A DNA stretch of 55,055 bases. It comes from a virus. Lineage: Duplodnaviria; Caudoviricetes. Shown here one piece after another: positions 35,549 to 45,432 of the stretch. The stretch lies in the IMG/VR virus record IMGVR_UViG_3300027857_000022, positions 1-55,055 of that record; one strand, 5' to 3'. Under the pieces are notes generated by a model. That model ran no database searches. It was not told the DNA's origin and saw nothing but the letters and a program-made list of their open reading frames with translations. A program made the position numbers and the translations under genes. The stretch's first letter is position 1. Each line of letters opens with the position of its first letter.

Positions 35549-35678
35549 GTAATGTCCTTTCTGCATGTTTTCTAGATATGCTAAAAATCTCGTAAACTTG
35601 CTTCTGAAGCGGGGTTATGCTATTCATGTTCCTCCTTTCTGGCGTTAGGTGTTTTGCATCTAACGCATTTTTTGTATG

Positions 35679-37154
35679 CTAACCTGGGTACAATTGTGGC
35701 GATGGATAGAGCGTGGGACTGGGAATCGGAGCAGCATACGCTACTTTACTTCCTGCATTCAATGCATTCTGAGGCACGTTATACCCTAGCCACTTCGAGA
35801 AAAAAATGATCCAGTTTGTGTCGAACGCACCAGAAATACATGTGATAGTATACCAAATATTCAATCCATCCTTGTCTTCGATATCCACGCTCTCAATGAG
35901 CATTTGTGTATTCATAAAGCCAAATGGCCCGTAGTTCACCGTGATGAGCTGACCAGGCACATAGCCATACACAAGCGTGGTGAACTGGAATTGAATGCCC
36001 TGGTTGCCATAGCGGTTCAGCAATGCAGATGCTTCAGTCAGTGCCTCATTGCCAGTTGAAAGTGATGTGTCATTGGTGACGTGTTCAACTATCCCGCTTG
36101 ATCCATCGAGAGCTGCCTGTGTTGTGATCTGAGCAGGATTACTCTGTACGGCTGTACTTGGGTACTGACCAATATAGGTCACCGAGAGCGTATCCGAGCT
36201 GGTGAGCTTTGTCTGAGATGAATCCTGCGTGATAATTGGTGAGTTGAGTGCCCAGTAATATTGGGAGTTGCCAGATCCCTGGATGCCTACTGTTTTTGGA
36301 GTACCATTTACGGTGATGGTTGGAGCGGAGGCTAGCCCAAAGGCCATTGTCCACGTTGTGAGCTTGCCATCGCCTTGCCTGGTCTCAGTGATAGATCCCG
36401 TTTGCGTGTATCCACCTGTCACATACTGCGTATTCCTGTAAGTAGGATTTTGACGTGTTACCTGCGGTGGATAGTTCATTTGCTCTACTTGTGTGCCATC
36501 TACGATATTATTATTGATAATGGTGGTATAGGGTACGAACCATAGTTCTTTATTCTGATCAATCATCCAATAGTAGGGAATACCCGATATGCCTGCTGCT
36601 GTAGCAAGTTGGTCAAGACATTGTGCGACCGTATTGTAGTAGAAGTTTGCAGATGGAATAAGGCCCGATCCTGATGGATAGAGCGTTGGCGATGGATAGA
36701 GTGTTGGACTTGGTTCCACTCCATCATAGATCTGACCAACAGTCACACCTTCAGCAACTAGGATCTGGTTGAGAATGGCTGTCACGATGACACCAGCCGT
36801 TCTATTGGTGTACTGCCCATAAAACACCCGCTTATCGGCCAAGTAGTGCTGGTCAACGCAAGTAAGCTGATGGAGTAAGTAATTTGCAAATCCTGGCTTG
36901 GTCGTGACTGGCTGGGTGATGTAGCCAGAAAAGACAAGGATCAATTGCCTATCGTATATTTGTATTTGCTGATATTGGGAAAACAGTGTATAAATATCGG
37001 TTTGAACGGTGAGTGTTGCCTGTGAGCGTCTCCCTACAGCGCGAGTAATTTTGAGCGTTGTTGGAAGCACAGTGACAGCCTTCCCGCCAATTTGCACGGT
37101 ATATGTCGTGTTATATTGAATTGTTGGTGAGAAAAGTGGAGTGTACTGTGGCAT
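35679..37154 (-). CDS. Minor tail (hub/Tal-like) protein
   Basis: VFSGYIT, WMIDQNKELWF, PGQLITV; PSPTLYP repeats. Confidence 0.8.
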   Translation of the reverse strand: MPQYTPLFSPTIQYNTTYTVQIGGKAVTVLPTTLKITRAVGRRSQATLTVQTDIYTLFSQYQQIQIYDRQLILVFSGYITQPVTTKPGFANYLLHQLTCVDQHYLADKRVFYGQYTNRTAGVIVTAILNQILVAEGVTVGQIYDGVEPSPTLYPSPTLYPSGSGLIPSANFYYNTVAQCLDQLATAAGISGIPYYWMIDQNKELWFVPYTTIINNNIVDGTQVEQMNYPPQVTRQNPTYRNTQYVTGGYTQTGSITETRQGDGKLTTWTMAFGLASAPTITVNGTPKTVGIQGSGNSQYYWALNSPIITQDSSQTKLTSSDTLSVTYIGQYPSTAVQSNPAQITTQAALDGSSGIVEHVTNDTSLSTGNEALTEASALLNRYGNQGIQFQFTTLVYGYVPGQLITVNYGPFGFMNTQMLIESVDIEDKDGLNIWYTITCISGAFDTNWIIFFSKWLGYNVPQNALNAGSKVAYAAPIPSPTLYPSPQLYPG

Positions 37155-37768
37155 TAGAACTCAATCCATTTAAGAGTAATTGCATACTCCTGGCTATTAG
37201 CGACATTGACCAGGGCTGTTAGACCATTACTACTCCCATTTGGTAAATAAATACCGGTATTGTTCGTTAATACCTCGGAAGCAGCTACCGTCATATCGAA
37301 AAGCCCGCTTCCTGGGAAGCTGATGGAAGCTGAATTGGTTGTAACATTTCCAGAAGTCAGAGCAGATGCACTTCCACCTGCTTTTAAATTCGTTGGAGTA
37401 AGGTTTGTATTATATGATGGATTTGATGTAGTAAGGTACAACCACGTCGTAGTATTCCCGTAATTTGCCATGCATTTAATGCTATAGATGAGTACATTCT
37501 TTCCAGATGTAGAAGGATTAAAAACAGAGATGGCGTATTGTCCACCCCCTGAGCTGCCGACTGTTTGGTTTTGTAATATGGAATAGGCCATGCCGTTTAG
37601 AGCAGATTCGATCAACATATTCGACATTACAGCCGGAGCCGTGGTGTTGGATGAGCTATCGGTGTTCTTGAGGATTGAGGATTGCATTCCCTCAAAGCCA
37701 ATACCAGGACTATAACCCTGGGCTATCGGTGTGCCTACTTGATCTTTGAGAAGTGTTCCAAATGACAT
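37154..37768 (-). CDS. Minor tail protein
   Basis: Directly after the tape measure gene; beta-rich. Confidence 0.65.
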   Translation of the reverse strand: MSFGTLLKDQVGTPIAQGYSPGIGFEGMQSSILKNTDSSSNTTAPAVMSNMLIESALNGMAYSILQNQTVGSSGGGQYAISVFNPSTSGKNVLIYSIKCMANYGNTTTWLYLTTSNPSYNTNLTPTNLKAGGSASALTSGNVTTNSASISFPGSGLFDMTVAASEVLTNNTGIYLPNGSSNGLTALVNVANSQEYAITLKWIEF

Positions 37769-37780
37769 GATTTACTCCTT

Positions 37781-40540
37781 TTACATTTTTGTTGCGACAC
37801 TATAACGGATAGCATTCGCCATGTACGGCATAAGACCGTTAGCCAGGAGCTGTCCGTTCAGATAAAGTGGCGGGGAATTGACAACGACGGTTATGTTTGC
37901 CTGGTTGCTCAATTGACTAGGGATAGTAGTGAGTCCTGGCATCGTGATGCTCGGATTTGACGCTGGAGAGAGTTGCATCGCAATAGGCTTCACAAGTTGG
38001 CCGATCGCTGTTTGCAGCTTGGGAAGAGAAGAAAGCATCCCCTGCGATAGTTGCTCCGTGATGAGTGAGCCTTGGAGGCCAAGATCAGTAAGGGGCCCGA
38101 TCTTGGCAGGCGAATGCGGGAGATGGCTACTTATGAAGCTTGTAACAGAATTCATTGCATCCCCGACCGCTCCTATCGCGCCCTTGATCCCATTCGCAAT
38201 GCCATTGACAATGTTTGTCCCTGCATTTGTTGCATTATTAATTATACCATTCCAGAAATCTGTTAATTTACCGGGCAAAGACTGAAGTGCATTCATTGCT
38301 CCTTGTGGCAAATTCCCAAACCAACTAATGATACTATTGATCATATCCGGTATGATCGAATGCCCCACGAGCTTTTCCTTCATATCAGTAGCCTTATCTA
38401 ATGCATTTTTATGTAAATTCTCCATTTGAGTAGTGACACCTACCTGCATCTCCAATGCGTGCTTTTGAACAGGATCTGATGTGTCCTTCATTTTCTGAAT
38501 AAGCTGCTGACGTGTATTATCAAGATTTTTAACCATTTTATCTTGCATATCAATTGTGGCTTGAATTGTCTTTGATTTCATATCATTTGCACTTTGCGAT
38601 GCACCATCACTCATGTCACCAAACGACTTTAGCACGCTTTTTGCCATATCACCTGCTGGTCCCGGAATATTGGACATAGCCTCAAGCAGTGGTTTGAACA
38701 TGCCAACAAGTGCTTCTATTCCGCCTTTTACCCATTGTTTGATCCCATCCCAGACTCCTTTGAGCATATCCTTGAAATCATTCCATGCTTGCTTCCAATT
38801 CCCTCCCAAGATGTCCAAACCAATCTTGATGTAGCCTGATATCAATGCCCATGCTATCTTTACTACACCTTGAATCTCATCCCACACACCCTTGAGGACT
38901 GCCAAAATCATCGGCCACGCCTGATTCCACGCAGTCATGAAACCTTGTACTAATGGTGTGAGTGCTTTAATCCATCCAGAAATGATAGGCGCAACACGAG
39001 AAGCAATATCTTCAGCAAATTGAACAACAGCTTGCGCGGCTTGCTTCACTACCGCGCCGATTTGATTCATAAAATCGCGAAAGGGCTTGACATTATTGTA
39101 GAGATACAGAAATCCCGCAACCAATCCCGCGATCGCTGCACCAATCAGCAGGAAAGGCCATGCAGCAGCCAAGGTCGCGACCGCAGCCGCGCCAGCAGCA
39201 GCCGCCCAAGACCAAAAGGCAAACACCAGGATACCCGCGATCGCACCCGCGACCGGAATGAGTACAGTTTGTAGTGTCGCAAGAGCTGCGTGATTCTTTT
39301 CAAAGAAATTGGCTAGATTCGATCCGACATCGACAACCTTCTGGATACCATTGATCAGACCAAGTAAGGCTCCCGTCACAAAGCCTGCAACAGCCGTCGC
39401 AAAACTTTGGAATGCAGGTGAGGAGAATCCGTCCATCAGCTTGCCAAGCGCTGGCAAGAGTGCCGTACCGATTTTGATGCCCAGTGTCTCAAGGGTCGCT
39501 TTGGCTTGATCCATCTTGAAATTGAAGGTGCTCTGAACATTGGTCCAACCTGTGATCGAGTCGCCACCCTTCTTCACCGCGTCGCTGATACTGGAAACAT
39601 TGCCCTTGAAGGTATCCAAGTGGCTCCCTGTCAGCTCCAGCACGCCCTGCATCTGTTTACTTCCGCCTGCGATATCCGCCAAAGCTTTCACATAGGCTGC
39701 ACTGCCTTCTGGGAACTTATTCTTGAGATGATCAGTGATGAGGGTGAGTGTATCAGGCAGGCTCTTCTTCATCTCTGAAGCGACATCGGAGGAGGAAAGA
39801 CCAATAGACCTAAGAGCATCGGCACCTTTCTTGGCAGGATTTTCCAGTGACATGATGGTCTGTCTGAGATAGGTTGCAGCGTCCGCCGCTGGCGTTCCTT
39901 CTCCCGTCATTGTCGCCATCGCACCCGCTGTATCGCGCAGTGAAACACCCGCAGCGGATGCTGTAGGAAGAATTGAGGAGAGAGACTGTGCAAGATCGGT
40001 CATGTGCGTTTTGCCAGCCGCGACCGTTGCCACCAGCGTGTTGGTGACCTCTGTCGCTTTAGAGGCTGGCATGGCATAATCGGTGAGAGCAGTGGTCACA
40101 CCATTGGCCACGCTAGCCAGGTCAGCATTGCCGACTTTCGCACCCTCCGCAGCGGCTTTGAGTACCTGCAAGCCATCGGCCCCATGAAAACCCGCGGACT
40201 CGATCATGTACATGCCATCGGTCAAAGCTTTGGTCGTCGTGCCGACCGCAGGAGCCATAGCCAGAATTCCGTCGCTCACCATCTTGATGTTTTTCTGGCT
40301 CTCCCCTGCCCCCGTCACCAGCGAAGTCATCCCAGCTTGGAAGTCACCAGCCATCTTGACGGATGCCACACCAATCCCGATCAGAGCCGCAGCGCCAACA
40401 ACAGCCGCGCCGATCGCAAACGAGCGAATGCTCGCCGCACCTTTATCAACAGAGCTGCTCACACCCTCTACTTGTGCTTTGGTTGTGTCAGCTCCTGTGG
40501 CATTGATTGCGACTGAGAGCTGAGCTGCTGTGATTCCCAT
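37781..40540 (-). CDS. Tape measure protein (TP901-like)
   Basis: 919 aa, Ala/Gly-rich helical, periodic Trp repeats, LPHSPAKIGPL. Confidence 0.93.
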   Translation of the reverse strand: MGITAAQLSVAINATGADTTKAQVEGVSSSVDKGAASIRSFAIGAAVVGAAALIGIGVASVKMAGDFQAGMTSLVTGAGESQKNIKMVSDGILAMAPAVGTTTKALTDGMYMIESAGFHGADGLQVLKAAAEGAKVGNADLASVANGVTTALTDYAMPASKATEVTNTLVATVAAGKTHMTDLAQSLSSILPTASAAGVSLRDTAGAMATMTGEGTPAADAATYLRQTIMSLENPAKKGADALRSIGLSSSDVASEMKKSLPDTLTLITDHLKNKFPEGSAAYVKALADIAGGSKQMQGVLELTGSHLDTFKGNVSSISDAVKKGGDSITGWTNVQSTFNFKMDQAKATLETLGIKIGTALLPALGKLMDGFSSPAFQSFATAVAGFVTGALLGLINGIQKVVDVGSNLANFFEKNHAALATLQTVLIPVAGAIAGILVFAFWSWAAAAGAAAVATLAAAWPFLLIGAAIAGLVAGFLYLYNNVKPFRDFMNQIGAVVKQAAQAVVQFAEDIASRVAPIISGWIKALTPLVQGFMTAWNQAWPMILAVLKGVWDEIQGVVKIAWALISGYIKIGLDILGGNWKQAWNDFKDMLKGVWDGIKQWVKGGIEALVGMFKPLLEAMSNIPGPAGDMAKSVLKSFGDMSDGASQSANDMKSKTIQATIDMQDKMVKNLDNTRQQLIQKMKDTSDPVQKHALEMQVGVTTQMENLHKNALDKATDMKEKLVGHSIIPDMINSIISWFGNLPQGAMNALQSLPGKLTDFWNGIINNATNAGTNIVNGIANGIKGAIGAVGDAMNSVTSFISSHLPHSPAKIGPLTDLGLQGSLITEQLSQGMLSSLPKLQTAIGQLVKPIAMQLSPASNPSITMPGLTTIPSQLSNQANITVVVNSPPLYLNGQLLANGLMPYMANAIRYSVATKM

Positions 40541-40780
40541 TTAATACGTCTTTCCTCTGTTACGTTCTTCAATTTGCTTTTGTGCGCTATGCTCTGCTGA
40601 CATTGCAATGAGCGCTTTGTCCGTCCAAAACACCGACTGCTCTATCAAATCCCACGGTGCCACTCCCAGATATTTGGCTGCCTGAATGAGTGCGTACCAA
40701 TCGGGTGGCTCTCCAATCAAGCCATCCGTGGCCAAGTAGCGCCCCAGTGTCCTTAATTCTGAGGCGCGACCATTTCCGGG
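40541..40780 (-). CDS. Tail assembly chaperone, frameshift (gpT-like) extension
   Basis: The -1 frame is open across the 3' end of 40753..41106 (PGNGRASELRTLGRYLATDG...); no RBS or ATG of its own. Confidence 0.7.
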   Translation of the reverse strand, partial: PGNGRASELRTLGRYLATDGLIGEPPDWYALIQAAKYLGVAPWDLIEQSVFWTDKALIAMSAEHSAQKQIEERNRGKTY

Positions 40781-41106
40781 CGAATATCCCCAGCGATGGC
40801 ATTGAAAACCGTCATCCTGAATGCAAGCGGTAATTCAGCAAAGCGGCTTGCATCGATCGGGAACATGATAGTCTGAGCTTCGTCCTCATAGACATCCCAT
40901 GATCTGATAAGATTCGCAAGTGTCTCATTAAATGATTTAAATCCCGAGACGATCGTGTCTCCATTTAAATGTGAAATAGCTTCAACATCACCTATCATCT
41001 TCTCTGTAAAGCGTCCCGGGTAATACATGATATTGATGGTATCTTCCCCCCACGTGATGGCAAGAGAAGCGGTATTAGTTGCGATTTGGTGTAGTGATAC
41101 TGGCAT
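40753..41106 (-). CDS. Tail assembly chaperone (gpG-like)
   Basis: Between major tail and tape measure; LIRSWDV motif. Confidence 0.8.
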   Translation of the reverse strand: MPVSLHQIATNTASLAITWGEDTINIMYYPGRFTEKMIGDVEAISHLNGDTIVSGFKSFNETLANLIRSWDVYEDEAQTIMFPIDASRFAELPLAFRMTVFNAIAGDIRPEMVAPQN

Positions 41107-41113
41107 ACAACTC

Positions 41114-42406
41114 CTAAAGTGATGTGATTAAGTTCGTAACGGTAACTTTTTGGGACTGACCACCTGAGCCCCAAGCCGGATCTTCGACAATATTGGCCTC
41201 CCATTCGGTTGCGAATACACCTTGCTCATCTTTGAAGTCTGTTGGTTTGTTGAGCTTGCAGGCCATATCATGCTGGAAGATATTATTGACGACTTGTGAG
41301 GTGAGTGAGGCATTGGCTGGTGTGCCAAGACCTGTGAACGTCCCGGTCAATGCATTAGTGGAATTGGCAAGAGCCCCGGTAAAGGTAACGGTGTATGGTC
41401 CACCTGCGCTTCCTGAGACGGTCACATTGCCGGTACCAATGGTTGAGAGTGCAATAAGCGCAGATTGCACAGTAGCAGATGTGGCATTATATGCAATATT
41501 TGTGGTTGTCTGCCCATTATATGTCAATGTGAAGTTACCACTCGACTGCGTACCAAGTGTGACGAGATACGTGTTATCGATGATATTTCCTTGAGCCAGC
41601 ACGCGGATATAGACCGTGTTGCCTTGCTGCAAATTGACCTGCTGCGCGGCCAGGCCCGTCGCATCTGCCTCAACGAGGAACTTCAACGTTGTCTTGGGCA
41701 CAGTATCGATATGCGCGGTATAAGATAGATTAGCGCGATTGAGTGGATAGAACGCTGCATACACGGCATCAAAAGCATAATCAAGGCTAAAACAGCGGGT
41801 GAGCTGGGTCGTGCCAATATTGGCAGAAGAGCTGTCTAGATAGACATTGAAGAATTTGCCGACCACAGGCGCAAGAGCAACGGCTGTTGGGGAGCCCGTG
41901 AGCGTGATGCCATCGCTCATGATCTGCCCAAAGCCTTTACCCGATACAGTGAATGGTGTTTTACGTGTGCCCTTGTAACCAAAGTTGTTGAGGATGCCAT
42001 ACGAGAAAGAACGGGCACGCACACTATCCCCTTGTTGGATGGTATAGGTCTGAGGGACGATGGAGCCTGTTGTCGGCGGCGTAAAGACCCAGTCTTTAGC
42101 GGTTGTCGATGTGCCGTGAGCTGCTGCTGAGACGGAGCCCATGGTTGAGGCTAGCAGATAGAGCACGCCATTGAAGTCGAGATCCCCATCAACAGTAATG
42201 TTGCTCTCTTCAAAGTTCTCTTCCTGGATCGTGTCGTATTTGTGCCCGACAGGCCGAAAGAACGACACGTTCGGCATAATACCGAAGACCCAGTTAAAGC
42301 AATTCAGTAATTTACCAGCAGGTACAGCAGTGCCTAAAGCAGATGTGCTTTCGGCTCCTATTTGCACACGTTGGTTTATATAACTTACTTCAGGTGTCCA
42401 TGTCAT
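41114..42406 (-). CDS. Major tail (tube) protein with inserted accessory domain
   Basis: Position; VQIGAEST..GTAV N-terminus. Confidence 0.8.
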   Translation of the reverse strand: MTWTPEVSYINQRVQIGAESTSALGTAVPAGKLLNCFNWVFGIMPNVSFFRPVGHKYDTIQEENFEESNITVDGDLDFNGVLYLLASTMGSVSAAAHGTSTTAKDWVFTPPTTGSIVPQTYTIQQGDSVRARSFSYGILNNFGYKGTRKTPFTVSGKGFGQIMSDGITLTGSPTAVALAPVVGKFFNVYLDSSSANIGTTQLTRCFSLDYAFDAVYAAFYPLNRANLSYTAHIDTVPKTTLKFLVEADATGLAAQQVNLQQGNTVYIRVLAQGNIIDNTYLVTLGTQSSGNFTLTYNGQTTTNIAYNATSATVQSALIALSTIGTGNVTVSGSAGGPYTVTFTGALANSTNALTGTFTGLGTPANASLTSQVVNNIFQHDMACKLNKPTDFKDEQGVFATEWEANIVEDPAWGSGGQSQKVTVTNLITSL

Positions 42407-42424
42407 TTAATCACCTCCAATGCA

Positions 42425-42883
42425 CTAATATACTTGTCCTAGTTCCATACGATACAACCCGCCAATGTTCGTCCACAGCTCTCCTGTCACAAGTTCGTCT
42501 ACCTCTAGCGGCGAATCCCGATAGCAAGAGTAAAGATAGCCCTGTGTCACGCCACCAATGACAATCCCGATAGCACCAGGCGGAAGGCTTGGCGGGCTGC
42601 CAAGCAATGCATCGATACGAGCAGCAGCAGCAGCAAGCTGAGATGTGTTATTTGCTGGTCCCACGACCTTGACCTGGAATACCAGATTTGTGAGCACACG
42701 GAAGGCATTCATGGTCACCGTGTCGATACCCGTATGAAAAGCCGTGATGATGTACGGGATGGCTGTGTTGGGCTGCGCAAGCGCACGGTTCACGCCCCCA
42801 GGTGCAAGGCTTGCCAGGGTTGCATCATTGCCCAGAGTGTTCTGAAGGTAGGCGTAACCCAAAAAAACTTCATGCCCAGCCAT
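42425..42883 (-). CDS. Tail terminator/completion protein
   Basis: AQPNTAIPYI...FQVKVVG...RIDALL; position. Confidence 0.75.
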   Translation of the reverse strand: MAGHEVFLGYAYLQNTLGNDATLASLAPGGVNRALAQPNTAIPYIITAFHTGIDTVTMNAFRVLTNLVFQVKVVGPANNTSQLAAAAARIDALLGSPPSLPPGAIGIVIGGVTQGYLYSCYRDSPLEVDELVTGELWTNIGGLYRMELGQVY

Positions 42884-43278
42884 CAGATCGCACCTCGTAG
42901 CTTGTCCTCTAAGCTGCTCATTGCATCGATGAAAGGCTGCCTATTTGCCTCAATCGCTGGATAGAAATATGGTTGTGCTGGCATACGCCTAGTACCCATC
43001 TCGACATAAATACCATAATTCGCCCCAACTGCCACATATGCCTCATACTGGTTTGGTGGTTGTTTGATCAATGGAAAGAAGCCTTTGCCTCGCGTCTTGT
43101 CATGCCGATCATGGCTTGTGTAGGTCCTTTCATAGATGGAAGCTTGCAAAGCGCCTGTGTCGACTGGAGCATTCTCAGCAGCTTGAGCTTCGATATCAAA
43201 TGCTGTTTTCGTTACCACTCGTGCAATAGCCGATGCAAGCGCATTAGCAAGTGCATTCAAATGATTGAAGTCCTCCAT
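42883..43278 (-). CDS. HK97 gp10-like neck protein
   Basis: APVDTGALQASI, YGIYVEMGTRRMPAQPYFYPA. Confidence 0.9.
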   Translation of the reverse strand: MEDFNHLNALANALASAIARVVTKTAFDIEAQAAENAPVDTGALQASIYERTYTSHDRHDKTRGKGFFPLIKQPPNQYEAYVAVGANYGIYVEMGTRRMPAQPYFYPAIEANRQPFIDAMSSLEDKLRGAI

Positions 43279-43643
43279 TAGAGTATCTCCGTAGCAATAA
43301 CGCTCAATAATGCATGATACGAGCGTGGATCTAAGATAACCTGCACAACCAGCGTTTGTGCACCGATCAGCAAATGATCTTGATGCTCGACATTTGTTCC
43401 AATAGGTAATCTGACATGCCAAGCTGCTAAGCTTCCGATCAGATAGTCATAGTTGGCAAGCTGGCCTGCTGTGGGCTCCGTCATGCCTGCTACCGTCGTC
43501 GCTACCGTGCTGAAGATTTCCGTCTCCGATCCATACGCGTCTTTTGTCGGCGTCTTGCGCTTAATCACACAAGGTTGGTCGCAAGCAGCAAACTCGACAT
43601 CATATTGTATGTGCGCTAATTCGGATGACGAGATTGGGAGCAT
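43278..43643 (-). CDS. Head closure/stopper protein
   Basis: KDAYG, LPIGTNVEHQDHL; position. Confidence 0.75.
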   Translation of the reverse strand: MLPISSSELAHIQYDVEFAACDQPCVIKRKTPTKDAYGSETEIFSTVATTVAGMTEPTAGQLANYDYLIGSLAAWHVRLPIGTNVEHQDHLLIGAQTLVVQVILDPRSYHALLSVIATEIL

Positions 43644-43650
43644 TTCTTCC

Positions 43651-43797
43651 TCACTTGTGCTTATGATGTACAGTATGATGATGATGCGCTACATGATGGT
43701 GATGTTTCACATGATGGTGATGTTTCACATGATGATGATGCTTGACATGGTGTTTCACGTGAGCATGATGGTGATGTGCTACATGATGTACTGCCAT
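43651..43797 (-). CDS. 48-aa His-rich peptide (not in ORF track)
   Basis: RBS GGAGGAG; MAVHHVAHHHHAHVKHHVKHHHHVKHHHHVKHHHHVAHHHHTVHHKHK; fills the gap exactly. Confidence 0.85.
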   Translation of the reverse strand: MAVHHVAHHHHAHVKHHVKHHHHVKHHHHVKHHHHVAHHHHTVHHKHK

Positions 43798-43800
43798 GTG

Positions 43801-44082
43801 TTACTCCTCCGGAAAGTGCCAGGTACCAGGCTTTTTTTCAGCATCATGCTCTACCTGTGCAGCATCAAAATGGCCCCAAGCAAAACCAGGATCGAATACG
43901 CGCAAATTAACCGCTGGTCGATCCGCAAAGACAACCATAACCACAGCATCTAGCTCTGCAAATGGTTCACTGCCTGCCCAATTATCGACATAATGCACTT
44001 TATCTCCGAACTCAGGCTTCCTCTGAGGAGCTACAACAGCGGGCATATCATCTATTGCAGATTCTTCACTGAAATCGTTCAT
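43801..44082 (-). CDS. Small conserved phage protein
   Basis: PEFGDKVHY...VNLRVF...GTWHFPE. Confidence 0.75.
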   Translation of the reverse strand: MNDFSEESAIDDMPAVVAPQRKPEFGDKVHYVDNWAGSEPFAELDAVVMVVFADRPAVNLRVFDPGFAWGHFDAAQVEHDAEKKPGTWHFPEE

Positions 44083-44750
44083 TATGCTCCTTTGACTATA
44101 TCGTCACTATCTAAGAGCCTCATCTTCCGTGCAGTGATCTCAGTCTGGACATCATCGCGAACCATCTTCACGACCCTCGGTTTGGCCTTACGCCTGTACT
44201 GCTCGGCTAACGTCAGCTTGGCCGTCATCAGCTGGGAACGTCGGAGATTCTGCCCGTCCACTGCAATGTCATAGGCAGAGGAGAGCGCCGCACCCCAGAA
44301 CTCAAGCAAGTCAGCAGATGCGAGATAGAGGTCATGCACACGTCCAGTAATGAAAACTGGAGGATACTGACCTGGAACCGTTGGTGATGTAAATTCCGTT
44401 GATGACGATTCAAACCAGAAATGCCCATTGATGAAATCACTCTCTGTGGGCGTGAGCACAATCCATGCTGCATGAGTTGATGTATTTACACCTTCGAGTA
44501 CGGCATCTGATTCAAACCACTGAAAACGCGAAAAATACTCGATAAAGATCACTGATGGCTGGTTATTCGTAGAAGCTGTGTTAATGATCGTCGGTGCTAT
44601 TCGCATAGGTTCGTACCGCACAAAATCCATATACTGATCACACGTATCTTGTATATCTTGATCCGCAAAGAACTGGCTTGCTCCTGATAGATCTTGAATC
44701 ATGAATCGTACACGTGAGATAATTTGTGACATACTTGCACGAACTGCCAT
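44082..44750 (-). CDS. Head-tail adaptor/connector
   Basis: RVRFMIQD...FFADQDIQ, DLYLASADLLE, DGQNLRRSQ. Confidence 0.75.
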   Translation of the reverse strand: MAVRASMSQIISRVRFMIQDLSGASQFFADQDIQDTCDQYMDFVRYEPMRIAPTIINTASTNNQPSVIFIEYFSRFQWFESDAVLEGVNTSTHAAWIVLTPTESDFINGHFWFESSSTEFTSPTVPGQYPPVFITGRVHDLYLASADLLEFWGAALSSAYDIAVDGQNLRRSQLMTAKLTLAEQYRRKAKPRVVKMVRDDVQTEITARKMRLLDSDDIVKGA

Positions 44751-44761
44751 CTAATCCGCTC

Positions 44762-45160
44762 CTATCGCGTCTTCTTTGCGGTATTCGGAACGCCTTGATC
44801 AGCTTCCATCTTTGCACGCAGTTCCTGTAGCTCGTGCATGAAATTCTCACGCTCGGCTTTTGTCTGATCCAGCTCTGCACGCAATGCCGCCTCAGTGGAT
44901 GCTAGCTCAACGTTCTGATCTGGCACAACGCCCACAGGTCCATTGCTGTACATTGCATCTTCAGAGAGCAGCCGCTTGATGTGTGCACCTGGAACATACC
45001 CTGCAATTTCATCCTTCCCTGTGCGCTCATTCTTCATGTATTGCGGCTCAAATGGCACATACACAGGTGGGATGCTTCGATCAGGGAGTTGTATCCATGC
45101 TCCCGGAACTGGTTTTGTGAGCGGTGCAGGTGCAGGTCGCTCCTCTACTTCTGTTGTCAT
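44762..45160 (-). CDS. Hypothetical protein
   Basis: Coupled ORF in the head cluster; HIKRLL motif. Confidence 0.7.
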   Translation of the reverse strand: MTTEVEERPAPAPLTKPVPGAWIQLPDRSIPPVYVPFEPQYMKNERTGKDEIAGYVPGAHIKRLLSEDAMYSNGPVGVVPDQNVELASTEAALRAELDQTKAERENFMHELQELRAKMEADQGVPNTAKKTR

Positions 45161-45420
45161 TTCTTTGCTCCTCTCCTAGGTTTAGTTTCAGGCTCCTCTT
45201 TCTTATCAGACTCCTCGTCCGCATCTATATCATCCTCATCAGGATTGCCAGGCTCCTTATTTAGCATCTCCTCAACAACTGGCAAACGTGGATCTGCAAC
45301 GATCTGATAGCCTTCTAGCATGAGTCGCTTGATGTGATCTGGGTTGACCACGTAATGCGGCGTACCTGTTCCACCCATTGCAAGCCACTCTCCATCGGGA
45401 GTCATTGGCCGTATATCCAT
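45157..45420 (-). CDS. Hypothetical protein
   Basis: HIKRLM motif; acidic/basic tail. Confidence 0.7.
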   Translation of the reverse strand: MDIRPMTPDGEWLAMGGTGTPHYVVNPDHIKRLMLEGYQIVADPRLPVVEEMLNKEPGNPDEDDIDADEESDKKEEPETKPRRGAKK

Positions 45421-45432
45421 GCTTCCGTCCTT

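Noticed and set aside
35683-36715. Repeated gatggatagag... segments as DGR template/variable repeats
   Set aside because: They encode PSPTLYP peptide motifs, there is no reverse transcriptase, and differences are not adenine-specific.
43453-43953. Met-rich plus-strand ORF (MMMM repeats)
   Set aside because: Antisense shadow of the His-rich peptide, which has the RBS and the operon orientation.
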